A DNA stretch of 64,000 nucleotides from positions 11,089 to 75,088 of the IMG/VR virus record IMGVR_UViG_3300036846_000489. One strand, 5' to 3'. The DNA comes from a virus. The translations under genes and the position numbers were made by a program. The notes under the pieces were generated by a model that searched no databases, had not been told where the DNA came from, and saw nothing but the letters and a program-made list of their open reading frames with translations. The stretch's first letter is position 1, and every line of letters starts with the position of its first letter. Positions 1-8,183 of this stretch are shown in pieces.

Positions 1-1434
1 GACTTCCCATCATCGCCGACCTCCGGCACCATTGTCTCGGGACCAAACGGTGCGGCATGGCGCTGGGACGGCACCAAATGGCTCGCTTCCCAATCGGGTG
101 CTCAGACCATTGTGGTGTCCGACACGCCGCCGCCGAATGCCACCCCTGGCACGCTCTGGTGGGACAGCGCGGGTGGCCAGATGTATCTGCGCTTTCAAGA
201 CCCGAACTCGACCGCCTGGGTGCCGGCATCCAGCCTCGCGGGAAGCCAGGGCGTGTTCATCGGCGATACCCCGCCGACCACACCGGCACCGGGCGTGATG
301 TGGTGGGACAGCACGGGTGCCCAGCTATACGTCCGCTACCGTGATCCCTCCGGGCCGGATCAATGGGTGCAAGCGAATAGCCTGACCGCCGACATGAGCG
401 CGGCGGTGGCTCAGTCGCAGGGCAACACCGGGCGCAATCTTATCGGGAATGCGTTGTTTCAGGTGCAACAGCGCGGCGTTGGTCCGTTCACTTTGAACGG
501 CTCGGGGCCGGTATATTCCGGTTATACCGCTGACCGTTGGTTCATGAGCCCATCAGGAGCCGGGTCTACGCAAACCGGCTCTATCATCACGCTGACCGAC
601 ACCGACCGGGCGCAAATCGGCGATGAGGCTGCCAGATATGCTTTGCGCTGTGCCTTTGTCGGCTCATCTGGCAGCACCGATATGGTCGGTGCGCAACATA
701 GGATGGAGGACCCGTATCGCGTATCCGGCAAGACCGTCATCGTGTCCTTCTGGGCAAGAGCAACGGTCGCCGGCATCAGGTTAGGCTTCAATACGTGCGT
801 ATATTTTGGCTCTACCGCCTATCAATCACCGACCGCTGCATTGGTGACGCTGACCACAACGTGGCAGCGCTACAGCGCGGTCTTCACCAATATCTCATCG
901 AGCGGCTACGCCAATCCTCAAAACCACTATCTCCAACTCAATTATTCCAGCGGGTCGTTCTTCGGTAGTAGTGGAGTTTTTGGAGCGACAGGCGTGCAGT
1001 CCGGCACGGTAGACTTGTGGGGCTGCCAGATGGAGATTGCGGCGGCGGGACAGACCCAGCCAACGCAACTAGAGAAAATCGACGCGGCGCTCGATCTGAT
1101 CCGCTGCCAACGCTTCTATCAGACCTATTCCCCGCCACCGTTGCGCGGTGGCGCCCAAGGAGCGACTGCTGCGGCAACGCGAATGGGCATGGTGCTTCCG
1201 GTGCCGATGCGAGTAACGCCGACCCTTAGCCTTGTCCAGGCGTTACCGGTATGGAATGGAGTTTCGACGACAACAATCACTTCTTTCTCAGCCAATTATA
1301 CCACCGCATTTGCGATTGAAGTTGAAGGCGTTATTCCGGTGGCTTGGGGAACTGTGTCAGGCACGGTATTGCCGGCTATGGTCTATCTTGCTTCCAATCC
1401 CACCGGCCAGCTAACCCTCAGCGCTGACCTCTGA
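1..1434 (+). CDS. Fibre/carbohydrate-binding virion protein, paralog 1 (5'-truncated)
   Basis: Frame 1 is open from base 1 (DFPSSPTSG..WRWDGTKW), matching the MLDFP.SP N-terminus of the next two genes; GRNLI.N, ADRW, CQRFY and C-terminal SADL motifs shared. Confidence 0.75.
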   Translation, partial: DFPSSPTSGTIVSGPNGAAWRWDGTKWLASQSGAQTIVVSDTPPPNATPGTLWWDSAGGQMYLRFQDPNSTAWVPASSLAGSQGVFIGDTPPTTPAPGVMWWDSTGAQLYVRYRDPSGPDQWVQANSLTADMSAAVAQSQGNTGRNLIGNALFQVQQRGVGPFTLNGSGPVYSGYTADRWFMSPSGAGSTQTGSIITLTDTDRAQIGDEAARYALRCAFVGSSGSTDMVGAQHRMEDPYRVSGKTVIVSFWARATVAGIRLGFNTCVYFGSTAYQSPTAALVTLTTTWQRYSAVFTNISSSGYANPQNHYLQLNYSSGSFFGSSGVFGATGVQSGTVDLWGCQMEIAAAGQTQPTQLEKIDAALDLIRCQRFYQTYSPPPLRGGAQGATAAATRMGMVLPVPMRVTPTLSLVQALPVWNGVSTTTITSFSANYTTAFAIEVEGVIPVAWGTVSGTVLPAMVYLASNPTGQLTLSADL

Positions 1435-2585
1435 TGCTCGACTTCCCAGCATCCCCCGCAACCGGAGATACCTTCGCCGGCCCCAACGGCATCCTGTGGC
1501 AATGGGACGGGGCAAAGTGGGTGACGCTGGCACCGACCTCCGCTGCCGCCCCAATCATGTCGCCGGTGTTTCAGGGCGACCCACGGGCACCGACACCCGC
1601 CTACGGCGACAACGACACCTCGATCCCGACCACGGCCTTTGTGCAGAGTGCGGTCGCGCCGGCACTCAACAACGTCGGACGCAACCTGCTGCACAACGGG
1701 CTGATGAACGTGCAGCAGCGCGGGGTAGGCGGGTGGACGGGGACGACTTACACGGTGGACCGCTGGCAAACCGTTGTCGTGGGAAGCACTGGCACCACGA
1801 ACCTGCAAGCCCTTGCGGACGCGGATCGGGCAGTCATTGGTGATGAACAAGCGACGATTGCGCTACAGGCAGTGTTTACCGGCACGGCTGGCGCTACGGA
1901 TGCGGTGCTGTTTTTGCAAAAAGTCGAGAACGTCAGACGACTAGCCAATAAGACGGTAACGGTATCGTTTTGGTCCAACGCCGGTGCAGCGCTGCGACTA
2001 GGCGTCTCGCTTGACCAAAACTTTGGCAGCGGTGGCTCGCCTTCGGCAGCAGTTCTGGGCAACGGTGTTGCGGTCACGTTGTCTGGAACCTGGACACGCT
2101 ACACTGTGTCGCTGGTAGTGCCGAGCATCGCCGGAAAGACAATCGGCACAAATCATGACGACAATCTCGAACTCAATCTGTGGTTTACGGCGGGAAGCAG
2201 TTTCAACGCACGATCCGGCAACGTCGGCGTGCAAAGCGGCGCTGTGAACATATGGGGCGTGCAGCTCGAACTCGGCTCCGTCGCCACCCCGCTGGAGAAG
2301 CCCGACCCGCAGCAGGATCTGGCCAAGTGCCAGCGGTTCTATTCCATTGGCTCGGTCCGTCTGCTTGGCGGAGCTTATATTGCGAACATTGTGCAAGCCC
2401 AGTGGCAGTCATTCCCCGTCCAGATGCGGGCGACCCCGACGATAACTCCAACCTGGACCACCCAGAGTAATTGCACCGGCACCATAGCCCCGGTCGATGG
2501 CAGCGGATTTGAACCGTATTCGCAGTCTGCGGCAGCAGGCCAGACTAACCTTCAAGGCTCTTACACCGCGAGTGCGGACCTCTGA
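1434..2585 (+). CDS. Fibre/carbohydrate-binding virion protein, paralog 2
   Basis: MLDFPASP..WDGAKW, GRNLLHNG, DRW, CQRFY..MRATPT..SADL; TGATG coupling to neighbours. Confidence 0.75.
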   Translation: MLDFPASPATGDTFAGPNGILWQWDGAKWVTLAPTSAAAPIMSPVFQGDPRAPTPAYGDNDTSIPTTAFVQSAVAPALNNVGRNLLHNGLMNVQQRGVGGWTGTTYTVDRWQTVVVGSTGTTNLQALADADRAVIGDEQATIALQAVFTGTAGATDAVLFLQKVENVRRLANKTVTVSFWSNAGAALRLGVSLDQNFGSGGSPSAAVLGNGVAVTLSGTWTRYTVSLVVPSIAGKTIGTNHDDNLELNLWFTAGSSFNARSGNVGVQSGAVNIWGVQLELGSVATPLEKPDPQQDLAKCQRFYSIGSVRLLGGAYIANIVQAQWQSFPVQMRATPTITPTWTTQSNCTGTIAPVDGSGFEPYSQSAAAGQTNLQGSYTASADL

Positions 2586-3718
2586 TGCTCGATTTCCCCA
2601 ACTCCCCCACGGTCGGACAGGTCTTCCAGAACCTCACCTGGGATGGTGTGAAGTGGACCAGTGTTTCCAGCACCGCGCTGGCTCCGCTCAATTCCCCGGT
2701 CTTCATCGGCGACCCACAAGCGCCAACAGCCTCGGTCGGAGACGCGGATCAGAGTTTGGCGACCACCGCATTCGTGGCAAGAGCTGTGGCGCCGGCGCTG
2801 CGCAATGCTGGGCGCAATTACCTGGACAATGCCCGCTTTCAGGTTTGGCAACGTGGCCTTGGACCATTCACCGTGTCTGGCCTCTCTGCGGATCGCTGGT
2901 CCTATGGGTATAGCGGGACGGGTGCTAGTATCAGTGTCCAGGCGACCTCGCTCACTGACGCCGACCGCGCTGCAATTGGCGACGAAAGCGCGATCTATGG
3001 AATGACCGTTACCTTCGCCGGGACCGGGGCGGCGGGCGATTACAATCAGGCTTTCCAGATGGTGGAGGATGTTCGCGCGCTGGCGGGCAAGACCGTGACT
3101 GCCAGCTTTTGGGCAAAGTGCAACACGGCGCCGCTCAATCTTGGCATAGGCACCCTGCAACTTTTTGGGTCTGGCGGCTCGCCTTCTGCGCCGTTTCGGG
3201 TCAACGGGCAGGCGGTTGCGCTTTCGACCACATGGCAACGCTACAGTGTGACCATCACCCTACCGAGTGCGGCTGGGAAAACGCTGGGGACTTCCGGCGG
3301 CGATTGCACACAGCTTGCATTCTGGTTTTCCTCCGGCAGCACTTATGCGGCTAACGCCGGCAATCCCGGTGTGCAGTCCGGCACCGTGTCGATCTTCGGG
3401 GTCCAGTTTGAGGAAGGCTCTGTTGTATCACCGCTGACGCGGCAAATCTATCAGCAAGACCTTGCTCGTTGCCAACGCTTTTATCAGATCGGCTATTTGC
3501 AGGCGAACGGCTATGGACAGCAGGTATTTGCTCTCGACATGCCGTTGCCGGTAGTAATGCGCGTGACGCCGACGATAACAAGCAATTTCACGACGCTGCA
3601 AAATTGCACTGTTGCTGTCAGTTCTTACTTCCCCGCGATGATCCAGTATGTCACCACCATTACGGCTGCTGGTATGTTTAACTCTGCTGGCACCTTCACA
3701 GCATCAGCGGACCTCTGA
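2585..3718 (+). CDS. Fibre/carbohydrate-binding virion protein, paralog 3
   Basis: Same architecture as 1434-2585, ends SADL. Confidence 0.75.
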   Translation: MLDFPNSPTVGQVFQNLTWDGVKWTSVSSTALAPLNSPVFIGDPQAPTASVGDADQSLATTAFVARAVAPALRNAGRNYLDNARFQVWQRGLGPFTVSGLSADRWSYGYSGTGASISVQATSLTDADRAAIGDESAIYGMTVTFAGTGAAGDYNQAFQMVEDVRALAGKTVTASFWAKCNTAPLNLGIGTLQLFGSGGSPSAPFRVNGQAVALSTTWQRYSVTITLPSAAGKTLGTSGGDCTQLAFWFSSGSTYAANAGNPGVQSGTVSIFGVQFEEGSVVSPLTRQIYQQDLARCQRFYQIGYLQANGYGQQVFALDMPLPVVMRVTPTITSNFTTLQNCTVAVSSYFPAMIQYVTTITAAGMFNSAGTFTASADL

Positions 3719-3719
3719 C

Positions 3720-4016
3720 ATGGCACAACCCTACCAACTTCTCCACGACACCGATACCGTGCTGCGGATCGCGGACAACGCTTACATCCCGAATGATCCC
3801 GCCAACCGCGACCGACAGGAATACGAGGCGTGGTGTGAGGAAGGGAACGTCGCCGATCCCGCACCGTCACCTCCCGAACCTCTGCCTCCGGAACCGCTGA
3901 AGCTTCCCATGGCGATGCCGGAGGAGCCTATGGACGCGGTGCCGAAGGTCTATCTGGACAATCTGATCAATCCCTTGATCGCGCGGATCGCTGCGCTGGA
4001 ACGAAAGCTCGGCTGA
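3720..4016 (+). CDS. Fibre assembly chaperone-like protein
   Basis: ATG 3720; [25 protein letters not shown] motif typical of small fibre-associated phage proteins. Confidence 0.6.
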   Translation: MAQPYQLLHDTDTVLRIADNAYIPNDPANRDRQEYEAWCEEGNVADPAPSPPEPLPPEPLKLPMAMPEEPMDAVPKVYLDNLINPLIARIAALERKLG

Positions 4017-6010
4017 TGTTTGACTTTCCCGCCTCTCCGGCGATCAGCGATACCGTCACCGGCCTTGATGGCGTCGTCTATGAATGGGACGGCGTGAAGT
4101 GGACGGCGATCAATGGCGTTCTCGCTGTGATGCCGGACGCCCCTTCGAATGGCACAACATATGGGCGCATGAATGCCGCGTGGACGCCGGCAATGCCTCT
4201 CACCGGAGGCACCCTCACCGGGCCGTTGATCCTCGCCGGCAACGCGACGAACCAACTCGGTGCGGTGACGCTACAGCAACTCACCTCGACGGAAGGGAAT
4301 TATCTCCCCCTAACCGGTGGCACGTTGACCGGCGGTTTGGCAATCAACGTATCATCTGGCTGGGCCAATCTTAGCCTTACGGCGCCATCTGGGTATGGCC
4401 GGCAGATCATCGGATACACCGGAGCCAATCTGCGTTGGACCCTTATCATGGGCGACGCGGCGGCGGAAAGCGGCGGAAACGTCGGCACCAACTTCAGTAT
4501 TAACCGGTATAACGACGCCGGCACCTATATCGACACCCCGTTGTCGATCAACCGTGCCAGCGGCGCGCTTTCCCTTGGCGCCACCACGACCGGCGCCTTG
4601 AATGTGAATGGCGGCATCTATGCTACCGGCAGCATTCTGGCGATGAACGACAGCGGCTTCGGTCTTGCCTCTGACGGCAGCTACAAATGGCTTTCTTGGC
4701 AAGCGAATTGGGTGGATTATTGGCGCCGCTCTGACGGACTTCGCCTGTGGAACTCTCCATCCGGCACCGTGATGTCGTTGGATGGCGGCGGCAACTTCTG
4801 GATCGGTGGAGGCTTTGTTGCGGTTGGAGCGGTCACCGCCGCCTATATTCATTCGACCGGCAACATGCAGATCGATGGCAGCATCAACGCCACTGGCAAC
4901 ATCATCACGCCGGGGAATACCGTGCAGGGCGCTTACATTCACTCGACCGGCTCCTTGCAGGTCGATACCAGCGGCAACTTCAACGGGAGACTGCGAACCG
5001 CCGAGGCCATCATGTCGGCGAGCGGCACCTTCTATGTCGCCGACAACACCAACTATTATCTCTCGCGGAACAGCAGCAACGGCTCTTGGTATTTTGTCGA
5101 GAATGGCAACGTGACATTCCGGATCGACACCTCCGGAAATATCTGGCCCTCTGCCGCCTGCACCGCGACCTACGTTCATTCCACTGGCACCGTCGCGGCT
5201 GACGGCAACGTCACCGGAAACCAGCTTTCTGCGGGCGGACTATGGATCAACGCCTGGGGGATGCAGGGGCCGAGCGGTTACTGGTGCCGCACCGACTGGG
5301 ATGGCAGCAACTGCCCGTTCTATGTCAACGGCGGTTATGCCTGCACCTTGGTGTCCTCGACCTGGGTCAGCAACAACTTCAAAGCCATCGGTGCCTACAC
5401 GCCGAACCAGAATGTTGATAACGGCAGCAGTCCGACATTTTACAACCTCTACTATGGTAGTTCTGGCGAGCGTTATCTTGCAACGAACCAAGGCTCTGGC
5501 GTTATCTGGCAGTTCCAGGGCGGCTGGTATATGGACTGGAATTGGGGCAACGGCAATCTTGGGTGGCCCAGCAGCAACCTGTTTTTCTTCTGGCGGATCA
5601 CCGATGGCTGGTCCTACAATGCGCGTGGTCCGGTCGGCGGGGTTGGGGGTTATCAAGATGTCTCCGATATTCGCACCAAGACCAGTATTTCCGATGCGCA
5701 GGTTGGTCTCAATGAGGTGCTTCGCTTGCGCGCCAAGCGTTTCAGGCGCCTGCCTCCAAGGCCCCAGCAACTGCCGAACGGAGAATGGGCCAAGCATTCC
5801 GACCGGTTTCATCTTGGCTTCACCGCGCAGGATGTGCGCGAGGTTATTCCCGAAGCGGTCTCTGAGGCTGGCATAGAATTGGCGGATGGCACGGGCGGCC
5901 TCGACACAGATGCGCCGACGCTGGCCATCACCTTGACCCCGATTGTCGCCGCCTTGGTCAACGGCATGAAGGAACTGGCCGCCCGCGTTGCCACGCTGGA
6001 AGGACGATAA
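4016..6010 (+). CDS. Tail fibre/spike with C-terminal peptidase S74-type intramolecular chaperone
   Basis: LPLTGGTLTG repeats, G/N/W-rich beta body, SDIRTKT..GFTAQDV..PEAV..coiled-coil end. Confidence 0.85.
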   Translation: MFDFPASPAISDTVTGLDGVVYEWDGVKWTAINGVLAVMPDAPSNGTTYGRMNAAWTPAMPLTGGTLTGPLILAGNATNQLGAVTLQQLTSTEGNYLPLTGGTLTGGLAINVSSGWANLSLTAPSGYGRQIIGYTGANLRWTLIMGDAAAESGGNVGTNFSINRYNDAGTYIDTPLSINRASGALSLGATTTGALNVNGGIYATGSILAMNDSGFGLASDGSYKWLSWQANWVDYWRRSDGLRLWNSPSGTVMSLDGGGNFWIGGGFVAVGAVTAAYIHSTGNMQIDGSINATGNIITPGNTVQGAYIHSTGSLQVDTSGNFNGRLRTAEAIMSASGTFYVADNTNYYLSRNSSNGSWYFVENGNVTFRIDTSGNIWPSAACTATYVHSTGTVAADGNVTGNQLSAGGLWINAWGMQGPSGYWCRTDWDGSNCPFYVNGGYACTLVSSTWVSNNFKAIGAYTPNQNVDNGSSPTFYNLYYGSSGERYLATNQGSGVIWQFQGGWYMDWNWGNGNLGWPSSNLFFFWRITDGWSYNARGPVGGVGGYQDVSDIRTKTSISDAQVGLNEVLRLRAKRFRRLPPRPQQLPNGEWAKHSDRFHLGFTAQDVREVIPEAVSEAGIELADGTGGLDTDAPTLAITLTPIVAALVNGMKELAARVATLEGR

Positions 6011-6598
6011 ATGCCAGAGTTCGATATCCGCAAGACCATCGACAACGTGGCCGAGTTGGTCAAGCGGGTGAACACGCTTACCGGCTCCGATGTATTTGTC
6101 GGTGTGCCGGCGAGCAAAACAAGTAGACGGCAGGGTCAGATCGGCAACGCCGACCTCGCCTACATTCATGAGTTCGGTTCTCCGGCCCACAACATCCCGG
6201 CACGACCATTTCTCCATCCGGGTATTAGGCGGGTAAAGGACGAGATCGTCGCCATGATGAAGGAGGGGATGAAGAATACGCTGGAAGGCAAAGGGAAGCC
6301 GGAACAGGTGCTTGAACGGGTCGGCATGCTGGCACGCAATTCGGTGGTCAACGAGATCACCGATCCCGATCCACCGTTCGTCCCGCTCAAGGCCGCCACC
6401 ATCCGGGCACGGCTCCGCAGGACCGCCGCCGGACGAAGAAAGCTACGAAGTCTAAAGCAGATCAAGGCTGCCGCCGGCTGGAAAGCCGAGCAATCAAATG
6501 AGGCACTGACCGAATGGGCCGAGGCGGGCAACGCCAAGCCGCTGATTGACACCGGGCAGCTTCGTGCCAGCATTACCTATGTCGTCAGGAGCGTGTGA
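6011..6598 (+). CDS. Neck/virion morphogenesis protein
   Basis: VGVP..NADLAYIHEFG..IPARPFL..PLIDTGQLRASITY motifs. Confidence 0.8.
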   Translation: MPEFDIRKTIDNVAELVKRVNTLTGSDVFVGVPASKTSRRQGQIGNADLAYIHEFGSPAHNIPARPFLHPGIRRVKDEIVAMMKEGMKNTLEGKGKPEQVLERVGMLARNSVVNEITDPDPPFVPLKAATIRARLRRTAAGRRKLRSLKQIKAAAGWKAEQSNEALTEWAEAGNAKPLIDTGQLRASITYVVRSV

Positions 6599-7011
6599 TG
6601 GCGAATATCGGTGTTTCAGAACTCCTGCTTGATCCCGACTTCGTGGACCAAGTGATTGTGCTGCGGCAGGTCGAAATCATGGGAGACGATGGTATTGCGG
6701 TCAGACAGCCGCAGTCTATCAATATCCTCGCATCCATTCAGTCCAACGATGACACCCTTCAGATGACGCCCGATCTTGCCCGCACGGAAGGGAGCTACGA
6801 GATCATCACCACATTCCCGTTGCTCACCGCTACCGACACGTCGTCGGCGGATGTGGTGGTGTGGAACGGCCGGCAGCATAAAGTGACTTCCGTTGCGCGG
6901 TTCGGAAATTTCGCCACCGGCTTCGGGCATTTCGAGGGGATCATGGAAATCATCTCGGTCCAGCCGGTTCCCCTGGACGCACTGGCACCGACATTCAGCG
7001 AGGGAACATGA
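6598..7011 (+). CDS. Head-tail adaptor/closure protein
   Basis: VSELLLDPDF..ADVVVWNGRQHKV; position in neck module. Confidence 0.65.
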   Translation: MANIGVSELLLDPDFVDQVIVLRQVEIMGDDGIAVRQPQSINILASIQSNDDTLQMTPDLARTEGSYEIITTFPLLTATDTSSADVVVWNGRQHKVTSVARFGNFATGFGHFEGIMEIISVQPVPLDALAPTFSEGT

Positions 7012-7232
7012 CCGATCTTCCAGAGACGATTACCGTCAAAGAACAGGCACAAGCCTCTGGACAGGGAAAAATACTGCCCATTGGGGCCTATCCCGACATA
7101 GATCAGCTACGCGATCATGTCCGGGCATTTCTCATGGCCGAGCAGCACCAAGGTGGCGAGGCATTGGCGATGGCGAAGACCAAGGCGACCGAGATGGACT
7201 TCTGGCTGCGCACTCATAGGGGCAGGCGGTGA
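7008..7232 (+). CDS. Small helical hypothetical protein
   Basis: ATGA/GTGA overlaps on both sides. Confidence 0.55.
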   Translation: MTDLPETITVKEQAQASGQGKILPIGAYPDIDQLRDHVRAFLMAEQHQGGEALAMAKTKATEMDFWLRTHRGRR

Positions 7233-7867
7233 GCACAAGCGTTCCGAACGACAGCACGACCGGTGGCTACATCGTCGATGTCCCGCCGCCGCCGGCCACC
7301 GTGGAAGACCTCCAGAGCGCGCTCCAGCAGGCGGTGGCCGGACTGGCGGGACTGCCCGGCAGCCTTGTGCGGCCCCGCTGGCAGCCCGTCCCGCCGGCTC
7401 AGCCGCCGGTTGACGTGACCTGGGTATCCATCGGCGTCACGATGGTCGAGGCCGACGAATACCCCTACCTCCTGCATGTCGGCGGCGTCACGCTGGCCGG
7501 TGCTACCGCTCCCGGCTACACCATCATGCAGCGGCACCAGACAATTACCGTGGTGACCACGTTCTACGGTCCCCAGGCCGACGCTCTGGCGGCACAGGTC
7601 AGGGACGCATTCTATGTGCCGCAGAACTACGAAAATCTGTTCCCGGTCGGACTAAAACTTCGCACCATCCACGACCTGCAACGCGCACCGGAATTGATGA
7701 ACCAGCAATACGTGGACCGGGCCGATCTCAGAATGGAATTCCGTGCCATGATCGAGCGCGTCTACCCGATCCGCGATCTCGACGGCGCCGACTTCACCAT
7801 CAATACCGACCAAGGCAGCGAGACGTTTCAGGTTCGCGAGGATACAGTAGTCTATCCTGAGGGCTAA
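7229..7867 (+). CDS. Tail completion/terminator protein
   Basis: LPGSLVRPRWQP..FYGP..APELMNQQYVDRADL motif; precedes sheath. Confidence 0.7.
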   Translation: MSTSVPNDSTTGGYIVDVPPPPATVEDLQSALQQAVAGLAGLPGSLVRPRWQPVPPAQPPVDVTWVSIGVTMVEADEYPYLLHVGGVTLAGATAPGYTIMQRHQTITVVTTFYGPQADALAAQVRDAFYVPQNYENLFPVGLKLRTIHDLQRAPELMNQQYVDRADLRMEFRAMIERVYPIRDLDGADFTINTDQGSETFQVREDTVVYPEG

Positions 7868-8157
7868 GTTTCGTCGGGAATGTATTGGATGCCGTCGCGT
7901 GTCGCCATGCAGCCAATCGTCACCGATGACGGGTCGTTCATGTCACCGCGCGTCATGATGCTTGCCACCACCGAACAATTCACACAGAGCACCGTGTAGC
8001 AGCCGACCCCAGGTGCCGGGTATGGCACCAGACCAATCTGACAGCTAGGCTGATGGCCTCCGGTATAGTCCAGGTTGGACGTTCCCGGTTGCACCACGTC
8101 AGAGGCGTCAAAGTCCATCGCTTTCCAGGATACCTGAAACTGCTGAAGATACGCCAT
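7864..8157 (-). CDS. Cys-rich hypothetical protein, antisense to structural operon
   Basis: ATG 8157 with strong SD GGAGGTG; C..PYPA..C..CxxC..DP..C; fills the gap between two + genes. Confidence 0.65.
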   Translation of the reverse strand: MAYLQQFQVSWKAMDFDASDVVQPGTSNLDYTGGHQPSCQIGLVPYPAPGVGCYTVLCVNCSVVASIMTRGDMNDPSSVTIGCMATRDGIQYIPDET

Positions 8158-8183
8158 TCTCACCTCCACAAAGGAGACCCAGC

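Noticed and set aside
1-3718. Diversity-generating retroelement target repeats
   Set aside because: No reverse transcriptase in the window and divergence is not adenine-specific
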